The notes: generated by a model from the letters alone, not told the origin. Numbered from the stretch's first letter, positions 26,219 to 38,237 are shown. The stretch: 64,000 nt of DNA from Octopus sinensis (GCF_006345805.1 NW_021832273.1:99733-163732); one strand, 5' to 3'. A program made the numbers and translations.

Positions 26219-26229
26219 GAACTTGCAAA

Positions 26230-26335
26230 TTTTGTGGATAATGGCACCTAAAGTTAGCATAAAGGCCCGAACGGATTTGCTTTTAGCCTTTGACCGTACT
26301 TTTCCTCCTTTTCCTCTTGAAGACATTATACTCTG
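26230..26335. pseudogene. H2B 5' remnant (+, ATG 26241) joined tail-to-tail to an H2A 5' remnant (-, ATG 26326)
   Basis: Near-exact matches to H2B start at 44404 and H2A start at 38848. Confidence 0.88.
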
Positions 26336-29189
26336 AATGAATTGAATTAAGTTTATTGTAAATTAACAGAGAAAGAGAAAGTGACAGGAATTAAGGACGG
26401 TGATAGGACGAGACTGATGCCAAGGCATCTGAACTCTTCTGAGCATGCGTCCAATTCATCTGTCGTGAGCCAGAGTAGGTTCATTAATTTTTGACGAGTG
26501 CAGAGAGTTACCGGTCGATAAACAGGTCGGTCACTTGGGATCTCCTCCGAAAAGACCGGATAGATTTCTCAATGACCTGTCGTATCTCCAGGGACCTGTT
26601 CTCCGCCCAGCTTGGGACGGGGCCTCGTGGGTCAAGCCTATAAGCTAGCTTCAGCGCGTAGCGTCGGATTTTCTCGCATTTCCTGTAAATTTTCTCGAGA
26701 TTTTTCGAGTAGTACCATGCTTCCATTCCGTACAGCAAGGTGGGTAGGATGGTTGCATGGAACACAAAGAGGAATGTCTTAGGATCCAGATGCATGCTTC
26801 TTAAGAGGCAGAGAGCCGCAATGGCTTTTGCTCTCTTTTTCTTTACATGCAGACGGTAGCCCGAGTTAGCGTCGATCGTAAGCCCCAGGTAGCGTATGCA
26901 GCTGGGGCGCCCAATTTCGGCTAGGGGCCCAGAGCTCTGATCTGATGACTTTTTCGAGTTGATTTGTAGGAAAGCGGATTTATCCATTGCTAACGAGAGC
27001 TGTTTGCTGGCGCACTACTCCTTTATTACCTCAATGTAGGTGAAAAGCCTCTTTTCTGAGGCCATCACATCTTTTGAGGTGTCAAGGATAAGGACGTCAT
27101 CAGCATAGAGAAGTAGATTTGTCCGAGGGTCCCGGGGCAAAGGGAAACTGCTCATAACCAGATTGAAAAGAAGTGGACTGAGGCAGGACCCCTGCGGAAC
27201 CCCTCTTCGGAGTGAAATATCTCTTGAGCGGAAACCAGATTCGGAGATAAACGAGTATCTTTCGGAGAGAAAGCAGCGCAGCCAGAGGTAGAGTTCCGCT
27301 GTAGGCACACAGAGTTGGATCCTTTCCAGTAGGTCTCTGTGCCAGACGGTGTCGAAAGCTTTTGAAATGTCCAGACATACAAGAGATAGAGTTTCTTTAA
27401 ATTCCATTGCTCTCGAAATCATGGACTGTACCGTTATGAAACAGTCACTGCAGCTACGCCCAGAACGAAAACCCCATTGCTGCGTTAGCAGCACTCTCTT
27501 TTCTTCGGAGTGGAAGTCAAGGCGCTTGGCCATGATTTTTTCCATCAGCCTTGAGATAGTTGGGATTAGGCTTATGGGACGATAGCTGCTAGCGAGGTTC
27601 ACAGGCTTCGCAGGCTTTTTGATCATCCGGACCTCTGAGATTTTCCATTTTCCCGGCACATGGCCCCACTTGAGACTTGCCGTAAACAGATCCGCAAGGA
27701 ACACATGTAGGTCTTCGGAGGCTTCCTTAAACAGCCGCATCGGTATTTTGTCGTGGCCTGGTGCGTTGCCTTTTGACGAACGGATGGCCCAGGTCACCTC
27801 TGCAGTGGTGATCGGTTGATGTTCCGACGACAGTGCGCACGGCAGTGGCTCCGACTCCCTGCCTTGCGGCGTTTTTGGATTGGCCTCCTGGATAATGGCC
27901 AGGTGTTCTGCGAAAATGTTCGGGATTTCCTGTGGCGAGGCGGGCATACCAAATTGGTTGCACAGCCTCGGGGGTGAGGATTTTCCTTCGAGGTTAGCCA
28001 CTTTGCGGAAACAGTCCCAGAAATTTGGGTTTCTGTAGTCTAAGTTTTGACAAGCCTTCTGCCATTTCCTGGCAGTTTCCAGCTTTGTCACGACTTGAAC
28101 TTCATAGCCAATTTTCGAGATCATGTTTTTAAGTCTACCCCTGTCAGTGGGGTCAACACAGCGTTTGAGTTTGTTTCTCAGCCGCTTTCTCTTATTGAGG
28201 AGAAGTTTCACCTTCGTGCTTAGAGTAGATCTTCGTAGGCGGTCAGCACACGGCACTGTTCCGTACGATTTTAGATAATGGCGCATGAAATTTGTTAGCT
28301 CATCGCTTGCGTAGTCGATGTCGCTGGCAGTGTTGTAGTATGTAAGGTGAGTGTTCACAAGTAGGAATGCACTCATGGAGCTTCTATAGTGTGGCCAGTT
28401 GATTCTTGAAAGACTGTAGCCTGTGGATACGTGTTCTTGTTTAATAGAGCTAGAGTGAATTTTGATCTCCATAGGAAGGTGATCACTTCCGATATCGTCA
28501 AGCACAGTAGGCTTTTCCATAATGGTAGCGATCGAGTGAGAACAGATGCACAGGCATAGGTTGTCCTCGCCGTAGGGCGATTGGTGGTTCGGCACTTCAG
28601 ATGTCCTGACGAAAACACCAAGTTTGTCAGTGATCTTCTTCAGTGTTCGACCATCCTGGTTGCTTAATCGACATCCAAACGCCGTATGCTTCGAGTTTAG
28701 GTCTCCGATAAGAAGGCAGTGAGCGGTATTTGAGAAGAAATCGTTAATCAGACTGGTGCAGGGAGGAAGATATTTGCAGTATATTCCACCGATTTTTAGC
28801 CAGAAAGATTCTGTTTTCACCTCAAGGGATAGGAATTCACACAGTGTCCCCTCGATGATAGTGAGGTTACGGACTTTGAGATTTTCGCTGTAGAAGATGC
28901 TCGAACCAGTCCCAGGCGTAGAGCAGCTACCCCATTTAAGATCCACTGACCGGTAGCCTGGGAGCTGGTAAGAGTCATCTTCTTTGAGCTTCGACTCGTT
29001 GACGACAATAATGTCTGGATGGCCGCTGTTCACCATCTCAACGAAGTCGTGATGCCGTCTCTTGATAGAACGGGCATTCACAGCGATTATTTTGATCGTG
29101 GCTATGTTGGTGAATTACTCCTTTCTAGCAGGAGCTCTTGCAACATATTCAAACTTATTCCAGCCTTGGTCAGGGTATCTACCCAACGG
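26336..29189 (-). mobile_element. Family B LINE, 5'-truncated within ORF1, near-complete ORF2 (27015-29081 plus 26508-26987), inserted at the H2A start
   Basis: APE and RT motifs; 12-bp TSD CAGAGTATAATG (26324-26335 and 29190-29201 on the minus strand); (TTCA)-type tail. Confidence 0.93.
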
Positions 29190-29201
29190 CATTATACTCT
29201 G

Positions 29202-29320
29202 CTAACTATTTTTTATTTACATAATAAAAAAATGGCATTCCGAAATTTAGTTGAAAATTTTTTTCTAGTCAAAAAAATTCGGAATAATGTTGTTTAACTA
29301 TATAAAACAAAAATAACTCG
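29202..29320. promoter_or_regulatory. Divergent H2A/H3 promoter fragment
   Basis: Left half matches the H2A upstream sequence (38860-38920), right half matches the H3 upstream sequence with TATATAAAA at 29299; TTCGGAAT motifs. Confidence 0.7.
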
Positions 29321-29332
29321 TCTGAATCAGTT

Positions 29333-30832
29333 GCATCGTCTGAATCGTCAGAAGGGCTGCGAAGAGCCCACAGACAAAAAGAATCCAGTTGCATGGTAAA
29401 GGAAAATAAAGAAAAAATGGTCAAGAATAAACAAAATCTCGCATCAATCAAAGCTTGCTCCAAAGTTCAAAAACGAACAGCGGCCAAGCCACAGCCCTTT
29501 TGCGAACCTGAATATCCCACCGAACATCCGAACCCTACTGTGGCTCAAAAACACAGTGAGACCCAATTCTATCAGACGACAACTGAGGTTAACAGCTCAA
29601 ACCTCACATATTCTCTGAGTATCGTAAACTCGGCACTTGGAAAGATCAAGAGGTTTAACCTCCTATCCAAGTCTCCAACTGCTTCCAAAGCCCGGATAAC
29701 CTTACAGAAGTCCGGCACCTTCATTCTAAAATTCAGTTCGCCAGAGGATGCTGCTGCGTTCAAAGCAGAGCTGACTCAATCGAATATGTTTGGCGAAGGC
29801 GGCCATAAACTTGCCTCAATAGCTGAGAAGGCCTCAGTCTTGGTCCTTAAAGGAATCCCTCATTGGATCTCGACAGAGGATCTTAACCTCCACTTGAGAG
29901 AAAGTCTAGAATCGGACTTCAAGTTCGAAAGATTCTCTCGCAATGGAACCGACATGCCTATCGGCAAACTCACGCTGGATTCCAGAGCCGAGGCCAACAC
30001 CCTCATCCGCTTTGGAATAACTGCGGGCTTCAGCCATATCCGCTGCGAATGGCACAAGCCCTCAGCAACGAGATGTTTCCGTTGCAATCAGTTTGGACAT
30101 ACGTCCTACAGATGCTCAGAAAAACTCCGTTGTCTCCTCTGCGGTAAAGAACACAGGCACCAAAACTGCCCGAGTTCCAAGCCGAAACCGAGTGTCCCAG
30201 CTGCAAAAACTTGCATTAATTGCAAGAACACTGGGCACTTGGCGTGCTACGGTGGATGTCCGTCTGCCAAAGCAGCAACAGCAGCCTCAAGGGCTGCGAA
30301 GAGCCCACAGACAAAAAGCCCAGTACGCTGGGTAAAAGCCGAACCGATAAAATCAGTTTGGACAAAAGCGGCTCCCCGAAGTCCGTCCAAAGTCGATGTC
30401 TCTACTCAGACGTCGCCGCCCCCCAGCACACTCACAAACTCGAAGACAACCACTAATGAGTGCCATAACTCGGAAGTGGTCCGCTCGGCTGTCCCTCATA
30501 AGAGGAGAAAAACCCACCGTGACAAAGCTTTGTCACAAAGAGGTCCCCACTCGGATCAGGACCTACACAACAGAGATTCCCAACTGGAATGCTTCCGCTG
30601 TTGTGTAGGAGCCCTGACCCTACTTGGAGTGGATATGGATATGCTGCAAGAGCTCCTGCTAGAAGGGAGCAATTCAGCAACATAGTCACCATTAACTCTG
30701 GCTCACGACAGATGAATTGGACGCAAGCTCAGAAGAGTTCAGTTGCCTTTGCATCAGTCTCGTCCTATCACCGTCCTTAATTCCTGTCACTTTCTCTTTC
30801 TCTGTTAATTACAATAAACTTCATTCATTCAT
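29333..30832 (+). mobile_element. ORF1-only family B element (430-aa ORF 29393-30685) inserted upstream of an H3 start
   Basis: 12-bp TSD TCTGAATCAGTT (29321-29332, 30833-30844); near-identical to the copy at 20412. Confidence 0.93.
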
Positions 30833-30863
30833 TCTGAATCAGTTCTGCCTGAAATAAAAAAAT

Positions 30864-30881
30864 ATGGCTAGTACCAAACAA
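30864..30881 (+). pseudogene. H3: H3 5' remnant (MASTKQ), truncated
   Basis: CTGAAATAAAAAAATATGGCTAG(T)ACCAAACAA matches the H3 5'UTR and start. Confidence 0.7.
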
Positions 30882-31584
30882 GTTTTAATTAAAATTATCT
30901 TAATATTTAGTTACTCAATTATTAATAGAAAACATAATAAATTTTTGCACGTGTGAGCACTCTTTTGACATACCTTGTTGTCCTGTTACATTATTTGGTC
31001 AATCTTTATTTTTTTATTTAATTGGATTAGAAGGAATATTTTGCAGATGTAGTTTCTTTTAATTAATAAATTATCTGAAATTTCATCATTTTGTAATATT
31101 TGCGAGTTTATTCTTTCAATCTGTTTATATCGCTTATTTGAAATCTTCTCATTTATCTTTATTCATTGAATTTCACCTTATTTTTTGATAGAAAGTTCTA
31201 TTCTTTATATTCTTATTGCAAAATTTTATTTATTTGTTCCCGGATTTGGCGATCTTGTATTTTAGCGCCCTAAAATCTAAAATGATCAATTTCTACCAAA
31301 TTTTAATCATTATTGTTATATTTTTTTTTCTAGATTTTTTTAAACTGAACACGAATTTAATTATTGCTATATTATTTTTATAAATTATTATGTCACAGGC
31401 CTAGGGTGTACCGAGCCTAGCTGGTTATACTTTCGGACTTGGAAAAAAATTCAAAAAAAATATTTGAATTCTATCTCAAAATCTATTTTGTCAAGATAAA
31501 TATTATAAAATGACAAATAACAGAACAGAATTTTTTATTGTAAAGAACAAGAGACTGGTACATAAATATTTTTGACCAACAAAA

Positions 31585-31636
31585 TTTCGGAATGATACTT
31601 TTTTATTATATAAATTTTTTCCCTTCAGAACTTGCA
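31585..31636 (+). promoter_or_regulatory. Probable H2B promoter ending in the GAACTTGCA target sequence
   Basis: TTCGGAATGATAC motif, TATATAAA at 31607, then TTCAGAACTTGCA; an H2B 3' fragment lies downstream at 32464. Confidence 0.65.
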
Positions 31637-32320
31637 GAATGTTTGATCAATTATTGCAGCCAATTTATCAACATCACGGTCAGAAACGTAGCCATCAGCC
31701 CACGTTTCGGCTTTTTTCTTCTCAATGGATTTATAGTTTAGCAGACACATCGCTGTCCAGCGGTCCAGGAATGTCTGCCTGGCTTGGATGGCCGATGATG
31801 GTATGACTGAGAGTCTAAGTGGAAGTAGACACTTGAAAACCGCGAATTGTATCAAACCCTCAGGCCGTCTTTGTGTTGGCTCAACCCTCTTATCCCCATA
31901 AGTGATACCGATTGACGTGCCTACAAATTGACATAAGTTAGGCTGTGTGTGCTCAAGACTCAGGTCCTTCTTGAAAAAGACAATCTGATCTATCTCGACT
32001 TCGCAGGCTACACGTAACGTCTTGATGTATTCGTACAGAAAAGCAACAGCTAGGCCTTCATCCCATGAACTCGAATTTTCTATTTTCTCAGCTAATGAAT
32101 ATATAGGTGAATTTTCCATGTACGTAGTGTTGATGGAAACACCAAGCAGACTGTTTGCTATGTCTCCCCAATCTTCCTCACTTGGGGGGTTGTGGAACAT
32201 CGTTACACCACGGCTGACGATCATGCCATTCTCGCGTGGTGTCCTTTTTGATTTTGCAGTTCCAAACTTGATTAAGTCATATTGACCAATATTCTCGGAC
32301 ATATTACTGATTTTGAACTG
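31637..32320 (-). other. Putative endogenous viral element: N-terminal half of a rhabdovirus-like nucleoprotein (ATG 32302)
   Basis: About 222 stop-free codons; FLYEYIKTLR ~ VSV N YLYGALKDIR and SDRDVDKLAAIIDQTF ~ NDSNYTKIVAAVDMFF in the same order (recalled sequence, by eye). Confidence 0.5.
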
Positions 32321-32460
32321 CCGAAGTCTACTGGGCCTCAAAAACAGAGTGAGACCCAATCCCATCAGACCCTCACATATTCCCTGACTATCGAAAACCC
32401 GACACTTGGAAAGATCAAGAGGTTTAACCTCCTATCCAAGTCGCCAACTGCCTCCAAAGC
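32321..32460 (+). mobile_element. Family B-like ORF1 5' fragment
   Basis: Matches the minus-strand copy near 1375-1535 ([19 protein letters not shown]). Confidence 0.85.
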
Positions 32461-32463
32461 TGC

Positions 32464-32562
32464 ATACAGACTGCAGTTCGTCTGATTCTTCCCGGTGAAT
32501 TGGCAAAACATGCTATTACAGAGGGTGCAAAGGCAGTTACTAAGTACACGAATACAAAATAA
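32464..32562 (+). pseudogene. H2B: H2B 3' fragment
   Basis: [32 protein letters not shown]. Confidence 0.9.
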
Positions 32563-32621
32563 CACTTTAAAAATAATTGTTTTATTTATTTGTTCTTTAA
32601 ATAACTATTTCAACAATCCAA

Positions 32622-32818
32622 ATGCAACTAGTAATTGTCCCTTTGGCATTCGAGATCTCCGCAGCCTTTCTCCCGCAAACATCCAAGTTCTTAAAACACG
32701 TCTGCCTCCTTATCGCTCGGAGAAACATGGATGCAAGCGAATCTTCTTGGCTAAGACAGAGGATCTCTGGTACAATCATGCGCGGCAACACGAAGCTATT
32801 CTTTTGACCGGGATCTGA
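32622..32818 (+). mobile_element. Relic 3' end of a second CRE-like family downstream of H2B (also 44830-45026, 58091-58288, 63528-63725)
   Basis: VPLAFEIS...WLRQRISGTIMRGNTQAIL aligns with the end of the CRE ORF (VPISIETS...WLRQRIGIAVLRGNTHAIL). Confidence 0.8.
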
Positions 32819-32922
32819 TCGTTCTCTGTTTTTTCTTTAATTAGTTCACTAGTAATTTAGTCTGTAATCTCGAAAAATTCATCAATTTAAGCAATAGTTA
32901 CAATTATTTGATGGTGCTTTTA

Positions 32923-35900
32923 GGGGGGAAAAATTTATTAGTTAAGGGAGGCAGTTAAAAACTAACTAAGTAGACCTTCGGCATCGCTGCCTTTTCAGTC
33001 TCCATCACACACACGCCTCCCTACACACAACCACAAGTTAAGACTTACCGCCTTACCTGCCATCCAGAAATAATCTTCTCTAGGACCTCAAGCACGTCAA
33101 CATGCTTATCCCTGTCCTCATAGAGGTACCAAGCGTGGACGCCATAGGTCAAGACGGGTAACACCATGGCGTTAAACACGCGGAACCAGGCACCTCTGCT
33201 CAAGCGGAAAGCACGCAACGCACCTAATCGCTGCATTGCACGCATTTTCGTACGTGCAATGTGATCATCAAACTTACCGGACGGCTTAAAGAGCACGCCC
33301 AAATAAGTCATCCGATCAACTGCAGCGATTGCTGACCCGCTCAGCAATAACCTAGGAACAAAATTAGTGTAACCCCTCGTCCTTTTACAGACTTTAAGGA
33401 CACTGCACTTGTCCGCGCACATTCTCAGGCCCCTACTCCCACACCAGTTTGCAAGTCCATCCACAGCAACCTGAAGCCTACGACACGCACACTCCGGTTT
33501 CATTGAGTGATCCCAGAGGATAATGTCGTCTGCATAGATTACCATTTCAGTACGAGCATTGACTGGCATAGGCGCAGTGGCCATAAACACATTGAATAGT
33601 GTCGGACTGAGCACAGAGCCCTGAGGGACCCCGCGAAGGACTGTTGCGACTTTAGAAAAGACCCCCTGATGCCGCACGACCTGTCTGCGAGATTCAAGAA
33701 ACCCCGACAGCCAGCGCCTTAGACACGGAGAAACCCCACACGTGGCAAGGGAACTCCGGAGGCCGTCGTGCCACACCGAGTCGAAGGCCTTTTCAATGTC
33801 GAGACTAACTAAAATACCGCATTCCCTTTTCTGGAGGGCGCTCTTCATACTAGACGACACCTTGTGAAGGCAGTCCCCGCATGAGCGGCCCTCCCTGAAG
33901 CCCCATTGGAACTCAGGGAGGGCGTCTGCCACCATCAGCTCCTCCAGGAGCCTTTGGTGCATAATTCTTTCTAGGATTTTAGATATCGCGGGGAGCAAGG
34001 AAATGGGCCTATATCCCCCGGGGACATCATGTGGCTTCCCGGGTTTTCCGATAAGAATCACCTCAGCTACTTTCCACCTGGAAGGAATCATCCCAAGTCG
34101 CAAGCTCCCGTTAAATAAAACCTTTAGCGCAGTGATTAACCGCGGCGGGGCCTTCTTAAAGATGGCCATCGGGATCCGATCCAAGCCCGCCGCGGTGTTC
34201 TTACTTCGGGAGATTGCTGCCAGAATCTCCGCTTCAGTAATTTCGCCTGCATCGTCCATTGATATATCCAGCTGGCAGCGCTTGTCCCACGACAATATCT
34301 GCTGGACAGTATCAAAGGACGATGTCTCTACGAACTGACTTCCGTCAGTTCCCGAGATGTCATTGAGATGGGCTGAAAGTATTTCAACCACCTCAACCGG
34401 GTCCGAAGCGAGGGTTCCATCAGAGCGTTTAAGGCGCACTGACTTAGCCCCCCTTCTCCCCGACAGGCTCTTCAACTGCTTCCAGAAGTCCGGAAAGCGA
34501 GGGTCCACCCTTCGGCAGGCCCTCTCCCACCGCGAACTTTCGAGTTCGCGGATTTCTCTTCGGACCTCCCTCTGAAGCCGGCTAATCCAGCCACGAAACC
34601 AAACGCGGTTCTCCTCGTAAATGCATTTGTCCCGTAGTCTGGATAGCCGGCGCTTGAACCTAATTTTATTTAAGATCCGGTGAGGGAGCGTGGAATGTGA
34701 CTGACCCTGCACTGAGTTCTGTTTGAAATTATCTCGCATGTAATCAGTCAGGGCAGCATTGATTCCATTATCAAGCGCCTCCAACTCACGTATGTTGGCG
34801 CAGGTATTCCCCACCAGAAGTGAGGGCAACCTGCTGGCCATGAAACTCTCCAGGTTAGCCCAGGAACCCACCCGGAGGTCAAAGTATCCTGGGACCCTTT
34901 GAGGAACTGGCTCACGGAGTTCGTGCAATAGAGGCAGATGGTCGCTCCCAATATCGGGCAATAAAATAGTTTTACTAACCCAATTTAGAAGACCGGGACT
35001 GATATGATATGATGTTGAGCATCATATCGGTTCTTCGCCAAGGATCTTCTTGGCCTCGGCAACGTTGTGTAGCATTTCATCTACACTGCAATTCATCTCC
35101 CTACAAAATTTTAATAGGGAAACGCATAATTGCACCGCAGGACTAATACTGTCCTGCGGTACACGCTCGCCAGGGGCTGAGTGCAATGGCATCTCCACGT
35201 ATGGAAGACGCCTTTTCAGCCCCAGGTTGTGCCGGACGGTGCCGCCGTTAGCCGCCTCGGAAGGCATTGCCGGCTTAGGCAACCAAGCGGACTCGGAAGC
35301 TTTCGCCTGCTTTGCCAACTTTGTCGGCGAAGGCTGCACCGACCCACACGCAGCATGGCTCACAGGTTCCACTGGCTTCGCCACCCTAGCGGGTTTGGAA
35401 GGTTTGGCCAGTATCGCCTGCTTGTCAGGTTTTGGGGCAGGGGGCGCGACGCGAGGCGGGCGCCTTACCTTTGGGATTACATCCCCACCTACCTTTCGGG
35501 TTGCCTCCTTAAACTTGGGGCAGCCTCTGAAGTTGGCAGTGTGTCCTAACTTACCGCAGTTGACACACTGCCTCTCCTTGGATGGTGAGGGGCACGTCTT
35601 GCGACCATGCTCTCCACCGCAGATAAGGCACTTGGCCTTATCCGGGCACTTCGTAGAGATGTGCCCGAACCCCTGACACCGAAAGCATTGGGTTGCTTTC
35701 GGGCGGGGCCAGGCAGCTCGGATCCTAATGTAGCCGATCCTGGTACCAAGAAGTACCAGGCGCTCGGCTTCTGCAGGAGATCCCAGTGTTAGCTCCGCCA
35801 CTTCAAGAGGGCGATTACCCTGCTTGAAGCGTGCAATGGCAGAGGCACTGGGGTACTCCTGCTGCAGGTGATCTAGGAGGTCATTATCCTCGAAGTCCCG

Positions 35901-36756
35901 AGGAACCCCGAGGAGGAGGACACTTACCTTTCTTACCTTACGTTCGATCCTGACTAGGCGATGCATGCCAGGACCGAACGGATTTGACTTCTCCAACTCC
36001 CCTTTGAAGTTGGAGAAGTCATCCTCCTTCTCCCAACCAAGCAGGAATTGGGTGGGCTCCCTCTTCAGGACTCTATACAGCTTTGAAGGCTGGATAGAGT
36101 CCAAGGTACCTAGGATCTTTACGACCGAGGCCTTCCCACTTGTAGGGAGGACCTCAAGTCGTGCCACAGCACCAAAGGTAATTCTACCCCCGGCGCCAGT
36201 GGTCTTCTTTGGGTGTGCATCCACCTGAGCGGACGCACACCCAGTACCTAAAACATTAGGGGTTGGACGGCCAGCAACACGTTTCGGCTTCCCCACCGTG
36301 TGCCAACCGTCCTCGGGGGGAACCTTATTTCCTGCCGGACCCACCGGAGCGGGCCCAGGAGACGACACCCTGTTAGCATTAAATGACTTAAGTTGGCTGG
36401 GTTTGGCACCACTAGACAAACCGCAAACACGTGGCGAACCAGCATGCTGTGCGGTTGTCGTGGCTACCAAACAATTAGTACCTGTTGCAGCTGCTGCTCC
36501 CCCGACACCAGCCAAAGGGGGAGCAGAGGGAGAAGAGTCTCCAGTGAGTGCTGAACCCATCTGGGAGGGTCCAGGCTTCGACCTCCTGCTTTGACCTAAA
36601 GAATTAAAAACACCACTAGAATAGCCGAAGCACGTGGCGGTGAACCACGGCTCCGGCAGTTCATCGTAGTGGCACACTGAACCGTCTTGTCCTCCGGGGA
36701 GTGCGAAGCGGGAACGCCTCCACTTCGACATAGCCTTCTTAGTGCAGACAGTTGTC
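32923..36756 (-). mobile_element. Family A LINE, inverted, full ORF1, endonuclease part of ORF2 deleted
   Basis: ORFs 35022-36731 and 33045-34961 nearly identical to the copy at 39915; deletion junction near 35005. Confidence 0.93.
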
Positions 36757-36846
36757 TCTTTGTAGCGACGGAAACATTTTTTGTTTTAATGGGAGCTCTT
36801 TTTTGTCCTTTTGTGCTAACTTTAGGTGCCATTATTAACAAAATTT
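36757..36846 (-). pseudogene. H2B: H2B 5'UTR plus about 25 codons (ATG 36832) fused to the family A leader
   Basis: MAPKVSTKGQKRAPIKTKNVSVATK followed directly by [15 protein letters not shown]. Confidence 0.9.
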
Positions 36847-38237
36847 TAACATAGATTAAAGTATTTTACATTTTTTTAGTTTTTTTTAATAAATATATAT
36901 TTATGCCCGTTTTTATGATATCGAAAATTTAAAACCAAAAAAATACTGAACAAATTTAAATTACTTATATATATCAAAAAAAAGGTTTTATTTTTTAAAA
37001 TTCGTTCAAATTCAATCATTTGTAACCTCTCTACATAGCCAATCATTGAACATTTGAAGAAAAAGGCAGAATAATTGGCATGTATAAATCTGGAAAAACA
37101 TACAGAGAAATACAAGATATCACGAAAAAGTATGCTTGGCACGATATTGCAAATTATCAAAAGCTATTCAAATAAGTGCTTGACGGACAAAAAAGTTGGG
37201 TCTGGTTGACCATTCATTGCTCAATCGTCAAAAATATTTTAAATTAAAGAGGCTTGAAAAGTGGATGTCAATTTCAACTGTTTTTAATTTACTAAAACAT
37301 TTACAGAAAAAAAGGGAAATCAGTAACAGCTCAAACAATAAGAAATACCACGAAAAAATTGGTCTGAATGCATATCCGCCCACGAAAAGACCACTTCTTA
37401 CCAAAAACCCTAAACTTCAATGATTAAAGCTATGCCAAACATGCAATATGCTCTCAAAATATTTCGGGAGCGAGTTATTTTAAGTGATGAAAGTAAATTT
37501 AATATGTAAAATAGTGATGTAAGAACTTTAGTATGGAGAAATCGCAAGGAAAAATATTTAACAAGCAATCTTACAAAAACAATAAAATTCGGTAAAGGAA
37601 CTATCATGAACTATCATGCCATAATCAATATTGGATTCATTAATTTGGTTTTGATAAAAGAGAAGATTGGTGGAGCTTTGTATGTTAACATATTAACGAA
37701 TAATATGATCTCATTTCTGAACAAAATCGAACATAAAGATCCTAGTTTCCAACAAGACAATGATCTGAAACATACTTCGGCAATAGCAAAGAGCTTTTTT
37801 CAAGTAAATAATATCGAATTACTACTATGGCCAACACAAAGCCCAGATTTAAACCCTATAGAGAATGTTTGGGCCTTTATTAAAGAAAAAATCAAAGGAA
37901 GAGAATTTTTGAAAAAGGAACATTTATTTGCAAAAATATCATCCATTTGGAATTAACTCAAAATAGAATACGCAAAAAGTCTTATTAATAGCATGCCAGG
38001 CCGAATACTAGATGTAATTAGAGCTAATGGAGGACATAATAGATATTAAATAAATTTGTTCATTTTTGGGTTCTGAATTATGAATGAATGGAAAACTGTA
38101 TAAATATAATATTTTTTAGACAAAAATAAAGCAAAACTTTATTTAATTTTTTTAAATCAATAGAAGTTATTTTTTAAATATTGTTTCATAGTAAATTCAT
38201 GAGAAAATGCTTTTTCAGTTTTTATTTTTGTTCACTG
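36847..38237 (+). mobile_element. Tc1/mariner transposon, left end lost, frameshifted
   Basis: EEKGRIIGM helix-turn-helix start, FQQDNDLKH, SPDLNPIENVW (DD34E); right TIR ends ...GTTCACTG followed by TA. Confidence 0.88.

Noticed and set aside
20401-26229. GAACTTGCAAA repeats as a CRISPR array or a spliced leader
   Set aside because: Spacers are 0.26-2 kb retroelement pieces and the context is eukaryotic; the same sequence lies 21 nt after a TATA box at 31628 and continues into the H2B UTR, so a TSD is the simpler reading
10905-31445. Shared GAGCCTAGCT at ~10913 and ~31413 as a small RNA gene
   Set aside because: Only 10 nt; no recognisable SL or snRNA structure or Sm site
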